Below, in pieces: positions 50,036-60,563 of a stretch of 64,000 nt of DNA. Position numbers and translations under genes: made by a program. Origin of the DNA: an uncultured Verrucomicrobiota bacterium (GTDB taxonomy: Bacteria > Verrucomicrobiota > Kiritimatiellia > CAIQIC01 > CAZMXS01); assembly GCA_964570325.1 (NCBI GenBank), contig CAZMXS010000011.1, positions 23,287 to 87,286 on the forward strand, in the 5' to 3' direction. The notes below the pieces were generated by a model that had not been told where the DNA came from, searched no databases, and worked only from the letters and a program-made list of their open reading frames with translations. Positions within the stretch are counted from its first letter, which is position 1; each line of letters opens with the position of its first letter.

Positions 50036-50803
50036 ATGGCCGGCGCGGATCACAACCCCATTATCCGGGTGGAGCACCTGACGGCGCAGTATGAGGATGA
50101 GCTAATCCTCGACGACATTTCGTTCGAGGTCCGGCGCGGCGAAATCTTTGTCATTCTCGGCGGGTCGGGCTGCGGCAAGAGCACCCTGCTCAAGCACATG
50201 ATCGGCTTATATGAGCCGGTGCGCGGCCGGGTGCTGATTGACGGGCGCGACATGGTGACCGCGACGGGCGCGGAGCGGCTGGCGATTCTGAACCGGATCG
50301 GCGTGATGTACCAAAGCGGAGCATTGTTCGGCTCGCTGACGCTGTCGGAAAACGTCCAGTTGCCGCAGGAGGAGTTCACGCGGCTCCCGCGCGCGGCCCG
50401 TGAACTGATTGCGCGCATGAAGCTGAAACTGGTTGGGCTCGACAGCTACGCGGGACACCTGCCGGCGGAGATCAGCGGGGGCATGAAGAAACGCGCCGCC
50501 ATCGCGCGCGCGATGGCGCTCGATCCGGATATCCTGTTCCTCGATGAGCCCTCGGCCGGGCTGGACCCGATCACGTCGGCCGAATTGGATCAACTGATCC
50601 GACGGCTGGCGCGGGATCTGAAAATCACGTTTGTCATTGTTACCCACGAACTGCCGAGTATTTTTGCTGTGGCCGACCGGGTGATTATGCTCGACCAGCG
50701 CGTCAAGCGGATCGTGGCCGAGGGCCGGCCGCGGGAATTGCGCGATCACTCCGACAATCCATGGGTGCGACAGTTTTTCAACCGGGAGCCGGCGGCAGGA
50801 TGA
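50036..50803 (+). CDS. mlaF: ABC transporter ATP-binding protein (MlaF-like)
   Basis: ATG at 50036. Walker A GGSGCGKST, signature LSGGMKKR, Walker B ILFLDEP. Confidence 0.85.
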   Translation: MAGADHNPIIRVEHLTAQYEDELILDDISFEVRRGEIFVILGGSGCGKSTLLKHMIGLYEPVRGRVLIDGRDMVTATGAERLAILNRIGVMYQSGALFGSLTLSENVQLPQEEFTRLPRAARELIARMKLKLVGLDSYAGHLPAEISGGMKKRAAIARAMALDPDILFLDEPSAGLDPITSAELDQLIRRLARDLKITFVIVTHELPSIFAVADRVIMLDQRVKRIVAEGRPRELRDHSDNPWVRQFFNREPAAG

Positions 50804-50968
50804 TTGGGGAAGGCGCAATGGCGAGGGATGAAGGGGCGACGGCGGAAACCGGAATGAAGCAGAATGCGGGCGCAGAGCCGGTGAAATGAAATTCAAATTG
50901 GCCATTGGCCATCCTTTTCAATTAAAACCCGTTATGCGGATGGATCAAGCGATCGGAGGAATCCAGAT

Positions 50969-51856
50969 ATGAACAAACTCACTTGCATCTTCATTATGTC
51001 AGCGGGTCTGGCCGCCGTCGCGCTGGCGGCCGGCGACCGGCCGGGCGAGCCGGAGCCGACCGCTTATGTGCCGGAAGATCCATTGGCCTGGGTGCTGTAC
51101 ACCTATACACCCAAGGCGGACGTCCATCAGAAGGGGTTTCCGGATGCCGAGGCGTCCGAGTCCGAACTCGAGGCGGCGCTGGCCCTGCCGGTGTATACCA
51201 ACACGATGTTTTCATTCTACACGGGTCCGTTTTTCAAGTGGACGCATTTCGAGCCCAGCGGCTTGCCGATGGAGCGGCATGACACATATTCGACGGCCCT
51301 TTCGCTGGACGCTCTGATCGGGGACCGGCGCCCGTGGGAGTTGTGGTTGAATGTCACCCCGGGTCTGTTCACGGACTTCGACGGTGTGGATCACAACGAT
51401 TATCGCACGCTGTTATATGGAATGGCGACCTACCAGGCGCTGACCAATGTCGCGCTGGCGCTGGGGGCGGGTTATGACCGCATTTTCGGCGACGACCAGG
51501 TTTATCCGCTGGGCGGGGTCCAATGGCGGATCGGACGGGAATGGGAACTCGACCTGGTGCTGCCCGCGCCCAATATCACCTATGCGCCGACGGCCCGGTT
51601 CCTGGGTTATGTGGACCTGCGGCCGACGGGCGATATGTGGAACGTCCGCGAAGAGGGCGAGGACTATGACTTCAAGTTTGAAAGCTACCGGTTGGGCGCG
51701 GGGGTGGAGTATGCCGTCGCCGACCATGTCTGGCTGCACGTCGGGGCCGGCCTGGACTTCAACCGCAACTACAAAATTGAAAACGACCGACGCCAGGCGC
51801 TCAACGCGGATGTGGACGATACCTGGTTCGGCCGGGTCGGTGTGATGGTGCGGTGA
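50969..51856 (+). CDS. secreted hypothetical protein, beta-barrel-like (possible outer-membrane partner of the Mla-like transporter)
   Basis: Signal peptide MNKLTCIFIMSAGLAAVALAAG. Alternating aromatic/hydrophobic strands. Ends ...VGVMVR. No family recognised. Confidence 0.5.
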   Translation: MNKLTCIFIMSAGLAAVALAAGDRPGEPEPTAYVPEDPLAWVLYTYTPKADVHQKGFPDAEASESELEAALALPVYTNTMFSFYTGPFFKWTHFEPSGLPMERHDTYSTALSLDALIGDRRPWELWLNVTPGLFTDFDGVDHNDYRTLLYGMATYQALTNVALALGAGYDRIFGDDQVYPLGGVQWRIGREWELDLVLPAPNITYAPTARFLGYVDLRPTGDMWNVREEGEDYDFKFESYRLGAGVEYAVADHVWLHVGAGLDFNRNYKIENDRRQALNADVDDTWFGRVGVMVR

Positions 51857-51909
51857 AGCGAATCCGGGATTTGCCAGGTCGCGCGCCAGGCGATATATTC
51901 AATCGAGTT

Positions 51910-52470
51910 ATGCAACTGGACATTCATACTTATGGCGATCCGATCTTGAGGGAACAAGCGCGGCCGGTCGCGGTGTTCGACGCGGCCATCCACGATCTGG
52001 CGCGCGATATGATCGCGACCATGCGGGCCGAGCGCGGGGTCGGGCTGGCGGCGCAGCAGGTCGGACGCACCGAGGCCATTTGTGTCCTGGATATTCCGCC
52101 GGACTACGACAAGGACGACCACGGTTATCCCCTCCATCCCGATGTGGAAATGCCGCTGGTCATGGTTAATCCGGAAATCATCGAGTTTTCCGCCGAGACG
52201 GCCACCGCTGACGAAGGTTGTTTGAGCTTTCCGGAGATCACGGCCGCGATCACGCGCGCCACGGAAATCGCGGTGCGGTACCAGGATTTGAATGGCCGGC
52301 CCCAGACCCGGCGCTTCCGCCGCTTCCTGGCCCGCGCCATCCAGCATGAAGTGGACCATCTCAACGGGATCCTGCTGGTCAACCGCATGTCCCCGTTGAA
52401 GAAGATCGCCATCGCCGGCCAGCTCAAACGCCTGCGCCGGGAGACCGAAGAACGCCTGGCCCGCGCCTGA
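51910..52470 (+). CDS. def: peptide deformylase
   Basis: ATG at 51910. Motifs GVGLAAQQVG, EGCLSFPE, QHEVDHLNG. Confidence 0.9.
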   Translation: MQLDIHTYGDPILREQARPVAVFDAAIHDLARDMIATMRAERGVGLAAQQVGRTEAICVLDIPPDYDKDDHGYPLHPDVEMPLVMVNPEIIEFSAETATADEGCLSFPEITAAITRATEIAVRYQDLNGRPQTRRFRRFLARAIQHEVDHLNGILLVNRMSPLKKIAIAGQLKRLRRETEERLARA

Positions 52471-52520
52471 TCCGGCCGCGCGGCCCGCGTGGTCGAGCGC
52501 CGCCGGCCGGTCCGCCGGGG

Positions 52521-53627
52521 CTATTCCGTGTCCGCTGCCTGGAAAGTCAAAATCACTTCGGTGCCGTGATCCTCGGGATGGCGCTCCGCGTCGCGCGAGC
52601 GCACCTCGATTTCGCCGCCGTAGAAATGCATGAAACGTTGGACCAGCGGCATCCCGAAGCCGGTGCCGATCTCGCCGGCCGTGCCGGTGCGGCTGGTCTT
52701 TTTGCTGATATCGAAAAGATCGCGCAGGATGGCGGGCGGGATGCCGATGCCCTGGTCGCGCACGGTCACTCGCACGCGTTTGCCGGCGCGTTCCGCCGCG
52801 AGGGTGATGCTGGAGTCCGGCAGCGAGAACTTGAGCGCGTTGGTCAGCAGATTGTTGATGACGGAGTTGACGAGCGAGGTCATCTCCGCGATCACGCGCA
52901 AGCCGGTGTCAGCCGGCCACGCCAGTTTCACGCCTTTCAGGTCGAGCTGCGGTTTGAGGATGCGCGCGGAGAGCGCGAACGCCGCGTCGAGGGCCACGGG
53001 GCCGAGCGGCAGCTTGAACTCCTCGAGCGCCCGCATCCGGCGGACCATATCAATCAAGTCCAACCCGTTCCGGGCCAGCGCGCGGATCAGCTCGCGTGGG
53101 TCATAGTTCCCGGCCGCGGCCGCCGCCAGTTCCGGGGTCGCGAGCATTTGGATATTGCCCAGCGTGGTCACCAGGTCGTGACAGAGCACGTGCAGCATTT
53201 CCTTGCGCTCGCGGCCAACCTGTTCCAGCGCCGCCCGGTGGCGCGCCAGGTCCAGGTGCGTGCGCACGCGCGCGCGCAGCTCGTCGGCATTGAACGGTTT
53301 GGTGATGTAGTCCACGGCGCCCAGCGCGAACCCGCGCGTCAGCGCCTCCGTTTCCGCGCGCGCGGTCAGGAAAATGACCGGAATATCAGCCAGCCGCCGG
53401 TCGGCTTTCAACCGGCGGCAGGTCTCGTAGCCGTCCAGGTCGGGCATCAGCACATCGAGCAGGATCAGGTCCGGCGGATCCTCGGCCGCGATGGCGAGCG
53501 CCTCCACACCGTTGCTGGCGCAGACGATCTCGACGTCCTCCTCGCGTAGCACGCTGCCGGCCACCTGGATATTCTCCGCCACGTCGTCCACGAGCAGGAG
53601 CAGCGGCGGTCGTCGTTCCGGGTTCAT
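52521..53627 (-). CDS. receiver-histidine kinase fusion (N-terminal REC, HisKA, HATPase)
   Basis: REC LLLVDDVAENI...LLDVLMPDLDG. H-box VLCHDLVTTLGNI. HATPase G-boxes. Confidence 0.8.
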   Translation of the reverse strand: MNPERRPPLLLLVDDVAENIQVAGSVLREEDVEIVCASNGVEALAIAAEDPPDLILLDVLMPDLDGYETCRRLKADRRLADIPVIFLTARAETEALTRGFALGAVDYITKPFNADELRARVRTHLDLARHRAALEQVGRERKEMLHVLCHDLVTTLGNIQMLATPELAAAAAGNYDPRELIRALARNGLDLIDMVRRMRALEEFKLPLGPVALDAAFALSARILKPQLDLKGVKLAWPADTGLRVIAEMTSLVNSVINNLLTNALKFSLPDSSITLAAERAGKRVRVTVRDQGIGIPPAILRDLFDISKKTSRTGTAGEIGTGFGMPLVQRFMHFYGGEIEVRSRDAERHPEDHGTEVILTFQAADTE

Positions 53628-54187
53628 GGTTCATCAATCCCAAAGTGTTTTTTCAGGCAATCCGGGCAGATGCCGTGGGAGAAGTTGGTGCCGGTCCGGC
53701 GGTGGATGAAAAAGTCAATCCGTTCCCAATGGTTATCGGCCTCGCGGATGCGATTGCAGTAGGAGCAGATCGGAAGCAGGCTTTCCAGTTGACGCAGGCG
53801 CAGGTGGGTGCGGACGCGGGCCTTCAACTCGGCCGGCTTGAAGGGCTTGGTGACGTAATCCACGGCGCCGGCGTCGAAGCCCTGTACGATGTCGTCCGTT
53901 TCCGCCCGCGCCGTGATGAAGATCACCGGGATGGTGGAAACGGCCGGCATGCGTTTGAGCTGGCGGCAGACCGCGAAGCCATCCATGCCGGGCATCATCA
54001 CGTCGAGCAGGATCAAGTCCGGCGGATCTTCACGGATGAAATCGAGGGCCTCCTGGCCGCTGGCGGACAGGCCGATATCCACATCCTCTTCCTGCAGGAT
54101 CTGCCCCAGCACCTGCAGGTTCTCCGGCACGTCGTCCACGAGCAGGACGAGCGGCCGATTTTGTTTCCCCTCACGACTTGTCCGCAT
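53624..54187 (-). CDS. response regulator with C-terminal CxxC...CPxC zinc-ribbon-like output domain
   Basis: [14 protein letters not shown]...[11 protein letters not shown]...TKPF. The tail [39 protein letters not shown] has two Cys pairs 24 aa apart. Overlaps both flanking kinase genes. Confidence 0.7.
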   Translation of the reverse strand: MRTSREGKQNRPLVLLVDDVPENLQVLGQILQEEDVDIGLSASGQEALDFIREDPPDLILLDVMMPGMDGFAVCRQLKRMPAVSTIPVIFITARAETDDIVQGFDAGAVDYVTKPFKPAELKARVRTHLRLRQLESLLPICSYCNRIREADNHWERIDFFIHRRTGTNFSHGICPDCLKKHFGIDEP

Positions 54188-56612
54188 GGCCGGCCCCCTT
54201 CATTTCCCGTTGCGCCGTCCGGGCCAGGCTTTCCAGGCTCCGGACGATATCCGGATACTCCGCCAATACGCCGGGCAGCGCCCGGGTGTCAATGCTTTCC
54301 GCCTTGTTCTGGAGCCGGGCGGCCCAGGCGCCGAGCGCCGGCGCGGCGTGCGCCAGCGCCAGTTCCTGCACGCGCGTGGCCAGATCCTTGATTTTATTGA
54401 TATACAGTCGGCGGCGCACGCCTTCCCAAAGCGGCTGAACCTCGGTCGCCAGGACGGCCAGCAACTCCGGCCAGCGGGTGGGATCGGGCGCTACGGTCGG
54501 TCCCGGTGGCGCGGCCGGCGCGGGCGTCGGCGCGGCAGCGGTCGCCGTATCCGCCAACGGCAAAAAACGCGCCAGCTCGCGGCAGAGCGCGTCGCGCGTG
54601 ACGGGTTTGAAGACCACCCCGTCGCAGCCGGCCTCCCGGATGACCTCGGCGGTGTTGCCCATGATGGAAGCCGTGACCGCCACCAAGGGGATGCCGCAAA
54701 GTTCCGGATCGGCCTTGAGCCGGGCGCAAACCTCGTACCCGTCCATCTCGGGCATTTTCATGTCCAGCAGGATGAGGGCGGGCCGTTGTTGCCGCACGGC
54801 CGCGAGCACCTGCCGGCCATTTTCGGCTTGTTGCAGCAACAGGCCGGTGCCTTCCAGGTAGGCCGCCAACAGGTTGCGATTGGCGGCGACATCATCGGCT
54901 ACCAGCACCTGGGCCGGCTGGAAACGCAACGGGCGCTCGCTCGCCGGGGCCAGACTCTCGCCGGCGCAAGGCCGCACCTTTTCTAGAATCAGGCGGAAGA
55001 CGCTGCCCTGGCCGACAACGCTTTCGACCTCGATGCGCCCGCCCAGCAGTTCGGCCAGGCGGCGGCTGATCGTCAGGCCCAATCCCGTGCCTCCATACTG
55101 GGCATGGCTCTGGCCGCGGCGCTGCTGGAAGGCTTCAAAGATCAATTCGCGGTCATCTTCGGGGATGCCGATGCCCGTGTCCCGCACCTCGATCACCAGG
55201 CGCAGCATCTCCGCTTCCGGCTGCGGTTCGGCGCGCGCCGCGAGCGTGATGCCGCCCTGGTGGGTGAACTTGACGGCGTTGCCGGCGAGATTGAGCAGGA
55301 TCTGCCGCAGGCGGATCTCGTCCAGCCACACATAGGATGGCAGGGACGCGTCCGCCTCCACGTCGAAGCGGATGGCTTTCTCCGCGCACTTGGTCCGAAA
55401 GATCTGTTGGATCTCGTTCAAGACGGCGCGCGGATCCAGCGCCGCGAAGTGTACCTCGATCCGGCCGGCCTCGATCTTGGACAAATCCAGAATGTCGTTG
55501 ATCAGCGTCAGCAAGGTCCGGCCGCTGGCCTGGATGGAGTCGAGGAACTCGCGTTGCATGGGGTCGGTGCAGCGTCCGATCAGCACCTCGGTGAAGCCGA
55601 GGATCGCGTTCATCGGGGTGCGGATTTCGTGACTCATGTTGGCCAGGAACTCGCTCTTGGCCGCGCTGGCCATTTCGGCCTTGACCGCCAGGTCGTTGGC
55701 GCGCGCGATCGCCGCCTCGAGCCGGCGGTTGGCCTCCTCGGCGTTGGCGCGGGCGGCCTGGGCATCCAGCATCAGGTTCAGCGCCGCCCGCCGTTGCCGG
55801 GCCAGTTCCGCGGCGCGCTGGGTCAGCATCTGATTGGCGGCCCGCTGCTGTTCCTCCGCCTGCACGCGCGCGGTGATATCCTGGAACGTGCCGTTCAACC
55901 TGACCGTTTTCCCGTCCATTATCTGCGGAATGCAGATGGCGCGCACCCAGATCAGCCGGCCCTTGGCCGTTACGAACCGGCACTCCAGGTCGAATGGCGT
56001 CCCGTGCGCCATGGATTCGGCGACGGCCTCGCGAACGCGGCCCCGGTCCTCCGGGTGGTAAAAGTTGATGGCCTCTTCAATCCGCGGTTCGTAGTCCGGC
56101 GGCACTTCATGGATGCGGTAGGTTTCGGTGGTCCAGCTCAACTCGCGGGTCGGGATATCGAACGACCAGCCGCCGATCTGCGCCATACGCCCGGTCGCAT
56201 CCAACAAATCTCGGCTGGCCTGCAGATCCGTGCGCGACTCCCGTAGATTGGCCACCATCGTGTTGAAGGAGCGGGCGAAGTCACCCATGAAGTCCACGTG
56301 CTGAGTGAGGTCGCCATGGGCGATGCGCTCGGTCTGCCAAGCCAGATGGCGCAGGTCGGCTTGCAGGGATTTCAGCGCCCCGGCCAGTGTGCCGCGCACT
56401 TTCAATTCCGCCGCCAGATTGCCATTTGCCAGCGCCAGCGCAAAATCCCGGATGGCCTGGGCTTGCGCCGCCAGATCCCGGAACAACGGGTCGCGCGCCA
56501 GGGCCGGCGGGGTCTCGGGCGGCGCCTCGCCCGTGATAATCAGCGCGCGCAGGGCCGCGAGAGCCGCGCGGGTCTCGGGTGCAAGCGCATCGTTCTGGTC
56601 GGGTTCGGGCAT
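54171..56612 (-). CDS. cytoplasmic hybrid sensor histidine kinase (HAMP-like, PAS, HisKA, HATPase, REC, C-terminal helical/Hpt-like)
   Basis: 813 aa with no TM segment. HAMP-like [28 protein letters not shown]-box [15 protein letters not shown]. HATPase. [17 protein letters not shown]...[11 protein letters not shown]. Confidence 0.85.
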   Translation of the reverse strand: MPEPDQNDALAPETRAALAALRALIITGEAPPETPPALARDPLFRDLAAQAQAIRDFALALANGNLAAELKVRGTLAGALKSLQADLRHLAWQTERIAHGDLTQHVDFMGDFARSFNTMVANLRESRTDLQASRDLLDATGRMAQIGGWSFDIPTRELSWTTETYRIHEVPPDYEPRIEEAINFYHPEDRGRVREAVAESMAHGTPFDLECRFVTAKGRLIWVRAICIPQIMDGKTVRLNGTFQDITARVQAEEQQRAANQMLTQRAAELARQRRAALNLMLDAQAARANAEEANRRLEAAIARANDLAVKAEMASAAKSEFLANMSHEIRTPMNAILGFTEVLIGRCTDPMQREFLDSIQASGRTLLTLINDILDLSKIEAGRIEVHFAALDPRAVLNEIQQIFRTKCAEKAIRFDVEADASLPSYVWLDEIRLRQILLNLAGNAVKFTHQGGITLAARAEPQPEAEMLRLVIEVRDTGIGIPEDDRELIFEAFQQRRGQSHAQYGGTGLGLTISRRLAELLGGRIEVESVVGQGSVFRLILEKVRPCAGESLAPASERPLRFQPAQVLVADDVAANRNLLAAYLEGTGLLLQQAENGRQVLAAVRQQRPALILLDMKMPEMDGYEVCARLKADPELCGIPLVAVTASIMGNTAEVIREAGCDGVVFKPVTRDALCRELARFLPLADTATAAAPTPAPAAPPGPTVAPDPTRWPELLAVLATEVQPLWEGVRRRLYINKIKDLATRVQELALAHAAPALGAWAARLQNKAESIDTRALPGVLAEYPDIVRSLESLARTAQREMKGAGHADKS

Positions 56613-56706
56613 GCTGTTTTATACTCTTCCTATACTCTTGCCCCTGCTCACATTCTTCCTCTTCTTCTTCCTTCCCGGGGGGCTGGCCGCGCGTATACCG
56701 AGGGCT

Positions 56707-57228
56707 TTACTTCACCGCCTCCGCCGCGAAGCGGCAGGTCCGGTCGCCGGTGCACCAGCAATCCACTTCCTTGACCTTGAACGGCCGGCCGCTGAACGAT
56801 TCGAGCAGGGCGGCGATGAAGCCTTCGTCATACTTGCAAATCTCGAATTCGGTTTCCGGCAGGCCCGAGCAGTCGAGATCCTCGGAGACCGTAATGACGA
56901 ACCGGCCCTGCTGGAGATCGGCCTGCTCCACGCGCAACACACCGATGCCCATTTCCAGCAGCGTTTCCTGGATGCGGCGGATAAAGACATCGAAATCCCG
57001 CTGCTCCCCCAGCACATGCCGGTAAAATTCCCGGCCGGCCAGTTCGCCGGCCGCGTAGAAAATCCGGTCGGCCTCTTCCGCGCCGTAACGGGCCTCGATC
57101 ACATCGCGGAAAGTGAACTGCATCAGCCGGTAAACCTCCAATCGCGCCGTCGGTCCCAGGTTGGGCCGGCCGACTTGCAGGTTGCCTAGCAGATTCCATT
57201 GGAACTGGTATTTACGGGTTGGGTTCAT
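56707..57228 (-). CDS. V4R (4-vinyl-reductase-like) small-ligand-binding domain protein
   Basis: 173 aa. C-terminal Cys-containing V4R signature DCWCTGDRTCRF. Overlaps the upstream sensor gene by 17 nt. Confidence 0.65.
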   Translation of the reverse strand: MNPTRKYQFQWNLLGNLQVGRPNLGPTARLEVYRLMQFTFRDVIEARYGAEEADRIFYAAGELAGREFYRHVLGEQRDFDVFIRRIQETLLEMGIGVLRVEQADLQQGRFVITVSEDLDCSGLPETEFEICKYDEGFIAALLESFSGRPFKVKEVDCWCTGDRTCRFAAEAVK

Positions 57229-59023
57229 CGGTTTTCTTGGCCTCCTCTTCGGGTAACGGGTAGGCCGGCGGCAGGCCGGCTGCGGCCCGGAGTTGGTTGA
57301 TTTCCGCTTTCAGCTCGATCATGCGCAGCTCGCGTCCGACCATGATCTGGTTGAACTGCTCCAGTTCCTCCATGGCCAGCCGCAGCTTTTCGTTCAATGC
57401 CTTCTGCTCCCGGTATAATTCCTCGGCGCGGGCCTTGGCCTGCGTGGCGTCTTCCATGATGCTCAACGCGTGTCGGCGGGAGTGCTCCAATTCCGCCGCG
57501 CGTCGTTCGAGCTCGGCGTTGACTGCGCGCAGACGCGCTTCGTTGGCGTGGATGGTCGCCTCGGCGCGCTGCGCTTCGGTGCAGTCCTCGATAATTCCGA
57601 CACCGCCAAGAATCTGGCCGTTCGCATCGGTGATGCGTTGCATGTACATGCGGATGGGGACGATCTTGCCGGAGAGCACGGACGTGTAGTCTCCCTCATA
57701 GAAGCTGAGTTCGCCGGCGAGCGCCTGGTGAATGGCCCCCAGCATCTTTTCATCCCGGATCTGCCGCAACAAATTGAACCCCCGCAGTTGTTCCGCGCTG
57801 ACGTTGAATAGCCGCAGCAGGCGTTCGTTGAAATCGCGGACGATGCCTTGTGCATCGCAATACAGCAGGCCGAGCGGCGCGTGCTGAAACACCATTCGGA
57901 AACGCTCCTCGCTGGTGCGCAGGGCCTGCGCCGTCGCTTCTCGCTCGGCCAGTCCCTTTTCCAGTTGCCGTTGCACCAGCCGCATTTGGTGGTTGAGTCG
58001 GGTGGTGGCGATCAGCAGGCCGGCCATTATGGCCAGCAGCAAGACGCCGCCCGCGATCGGTTTCCAAAAACGCGCCAATAAGTCTGCGGCGCTCATGTCG
58101 CCCAGCTTTTCAAATGGGCTGACGCGCAGCTCCTGCAGGCAGTCCACCACCGGCTGGTAATTCATGGGGAACAGCCAACGGATACGTGGCGCGGTTTTGT
58201 CCGCGGCGGAGGGGGGCATGGCCAGGAGCGCAATGGCGGTGTGCATCGCCGTATCGCGGTCCACATGCGGCAGGACGGCGCACGGCCACTCGGGATACAG
58301 CCGGGTGCTCAAGTGGAAGGGAAACACTTCGGGCGCGTAATGGAAATGTGGGGAGGGCAGCACCTTGAAATCCTCCAATCGGATAACCCCGTCGGCGGCC
58401 ATATCTTCCAGAACCAGGGTGCGGACCACGCCCGCGTCAGCCCGGCCGTCGCGCACCATGGCGACCACCTCGTCATGGTTGCGGGTGAACCGGAGGGCCC
58501 GGAAATCCTTTTCCGGATCCAGGCCGTCGTGCTGGAATTCGCGCCGGGCGGCGACCCAACCGCCGAACGACTTGGGGTCCACGGCGGCAAACGTCCGGCC
58601 CTTCAGGTCCGCGAAGCGGGCGATGTCGGCCCGATCTGCGCGGGTGAACACGACCCCGCCGAACAGTCCGGCCGCCAGCTCGCCCGAACCCCGCTCGGAG
58701 GTGGCGATGGCGCTGGCCTCGTTCAGCATCTGGAACTCGACGTACAGGCCGGAGTTACAGATAACGAAATCCACGAGTTTGGAACGTACCGCGGCCGCGA
58801 TTTCTTCGAAGCCAAGCGGCGCCAGTTCGTATTGCCACGGCAGGCCCGCTTGGTTGAGATGCGCGATCGTCGGCGACCAGGTGCGCACACATTTGCCCGT
58901 CCCCTCGTTGGCCAGGGCGCCGACGCGGTATACGGTCCCCGTCCCGGCGCGGGCGGCGAGCACGCCACCCAGCGCAAGCAGGCCGGCGACGGCCGCCGCT
59001 TTCCAAATGTCACACCGCATCAT
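57212..59023 (-). CDS. membrane sensor: periplasmic PhnD/SsuA-like SBP domain, TM, PAS, long C-terminal coiled coil; no kinase/output domain
   Basis: Signal peptide MMRCDIWKAAAVAGLLALGGVLA. PhnD-like TVYRVGALANEGTG. TM FWKPIAGGVLLLAIMAGLLIA. PAS. The coiled coil ends ...FNQIMVGRELRMIELKAEINQLR. Confidence 0.65.
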   Translation of the reverse strand: MMRCDIWKAAAVAGLLALGGVLAARAGTGTVYRVGALANEGTGKCVRTWSPTIAHLNQAGLPWQYELAPLGFEEIAAAVRSKLVDFVICNSGLYVEFQMLNEASAIATSERGSGELAAGLFGGVVFTRADRADIARFADLKGRTFAAVDPKSFGGWVAARREFQHDGLDPEKDFRALRFTRNHDEVVAMVRDGRADAGVVRTLVLEDMAADGVIRLEDFKVLPSPHFHYAPEVFPFHLSTRLYPEWPCAVLPHVDRDTAMHTAIALLAMPPSAADKTAPRIRWLFPMNYQPVVDCLQELRVSPFEKLGDMSAADLLARFWKPIAGGVLLLAIMAGLLIATTRLNHQMRLVQRQLEKGLAEREATAQALRTSEERFRMVFQHAPLGLLYCDAQGIVRDFNERLLRLFNVSAEQLRGFNLLRQIRDEKMLGAIHQALAGELSFYEGDYTSVLSGKIVPIRMYMQRITDANGQILGGVGIIEDCTEAQRAEATIHANEARLRAVNAELERRAAELEHSRRHALSIMEDATQAKARAEELYREQKALNEKLRLAMEELEQFNQIMVGRELRMIELKAEINQLRAAAGLPPAYPLPEEEAKKTDEPNP

Positions 59024-60563
59024 AGCGAGGCGCTTCCTGGAGCCGCCGGAGCAGCTCGTTGACTTCCCGTTTCAGCTCGATGATCCGGTCCTCGCGGCCG
59101 GCCATCGCGCGGTTCATCTGCTCGACCTCCGCCAGCGTCGCGCGCAGGCGCGTGTCCGCGCCTTCGCGCTCGGTGATGTCCTCCACCAGCACGATATAGC
59201 CCAGGCGGCCGCCCGGATCGCGCAGCGCATTAATGATGATCATCAGTATCCGTTTGCCGCATTTGCGGGTCCGGTATAATTGGCGCTCGCGGACGAGGTC
59301 AAAATCGAAATCCACCTTGTATCGGACGGCTTCGCCTTGCTCGAGGCGCGGTCGGACATCGGCGGGCAGATTCGGATCGTCGAATAGCTTGAAGCCGCGG
59401 ATCTCGGTGGGATCCTCGACGCCGAAGATGTCGAGGATCGTCGTGTTGACGTCCAGCAATCGGCCCGCGGCGTCGTACACCTCGATGCCGATGGGCGCTT
59501 GGGCGAAGACGCCGCGGAAACGCGCCTCGCTCTCGCGCAGCGCCATTTCAACCTGGTGCTGGGCGGTGATATCCCGCAGGATCTCGATGCGGCCGCGTTC
59601 GGCTTGCCGCGCGTCGCGGACAACAGCAGTGCTATAGTCGAACCACCGTGTCTGGCCGGACAACTCCAGAGATCGAACGCCGGGCGCGGCGGCCAGCAAG
59701 TCGGGCCACGGCGCCGGCAGCTCGTCTCGATGCTTGCCGATGCACGCATGTGGCGGACACCCGACTTCATGCGCTGCTGCCGCGTTGAGGTCCACCAACC
59801 GGTGTTGGCGGTCCGTAACGAAGACCAGTTCGGGCAAGTGGTCCAGCAGCACGCCGCGCGCGATCGGGCGGATATCGAGGGCGCGATAGCCCAGGACCAC
59901 CCAGGCCGCTGTGGCGACCGAGACGGACAGCGCGAACGGCGCCAGGTTGATATGCGGCACTGGAGACCGACCCAGGTTAAACAATAAGTTGAAAACCAGG
60001 GGAACGATATATCCGGCCAACAGCAGCGCGATCTGCCGCCGCACGAGCGGCGCCGCGCCGCGCCAGTGCCATGCCAGCAGCAGCGGGACCAGGATAGCCA
60101 GCAGGTTGATAAAAATGATGTAAATTCGATACCATATTCCATTGGTGCAGATCAGGATGCCCAGCCGGCCGGCGGGATCCAATGGATAGACAGTGAAGTC
60201 ATATTGAAACAGATGGTGGAGCGGGGCGGTGAGGGCGAGTGCGATGGTCGCCAGGTTCCAGACCACGATGGCGGACCAGAACCAGCGGGGCAGGCGGACC
60301 CCAATGCCCAGCATATCGCGCAGCAGGTACAGCCAGACCACCGGAATCCAAGGCAGGCAAACAAAACGGGCGAGGTGCGCGGCGATCTTCGCCTCGCGGG
60401 TCGGCAAAACCAGTTCCAGGTAATAGGAGAGCGCCCAGCCGCCGCTGACGAGCAGCATCGTAAAAAAGGTGGTCGTGACGTTGCTGCGCGGGCGTGTTTG
60501 AGCATACCAGGCCAGGAGCATGTAGGCGACGACGTTGAAAATCAGAATATCCGCGAAGATCAT
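59010..60563 (-). CDS. membrane sensor: 7-TM-type N-terminal domain, two PAS domains, C-terminal coiled coil; no kinase/output domain
   Basis: The ORF-track start at 60617 is trimmed to the ATG at 60563 (MIFADILIF...). About 7 hydrophobic helices. Two PAS domains. Ends ...MNRAMAGREDRIIELKREVNELLRRL. Overlaps the downstream sensor gene by 14 nt. Confidence 0.65.
   Translation of the reverse strand: MIFADILIFNVVAYMLLAWYAQTRPRSNVTTTFFTMLLVSGGWALSYYLELVLPTREAKIAAHLARFVCLPWIPVVWLYLLRDMLGIGVRLPRWFWSAIVVWNLATIALALTAPLHHLFQYDFTVYPLDPAGRLGILICTNGIWYRIYIIFINLLAILVPLLLAWHWRGAAPLVRRQIALLLAGYIVPLVFNLLFNLGRSPVPHINLAPFALSVSVATAAWVVLGYRALDIRPIARGVLLDHLPELVFVTDRQHRLVDLNAAAAHEVGCPPHACIGKHRDELPAPWPDLLAAAPGVRSLELSGQTRWFDYSTAVVRDARQAERGRIEILRDITAQHQVEMALRESEARFRGVFAQAPIGIEVYDAAGRLLDVNTTILDIFGVEDPTEIRGFKLFDDPNLPADVRPRLEQGEAVRYKVDFDFDLVRERQLYRTRKCGKRILMIIINALRDPGGRLGYIVLVEDITEREGADTRLRATLAEVEQMNRAMAGREDRIIELKREVNELLRRLQEAPRYDAV

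Noticed and set aside
55104-56246. 380-aa plus-strand ORF
   Set aside because: It is antisense to the hybrid histidine kinase.
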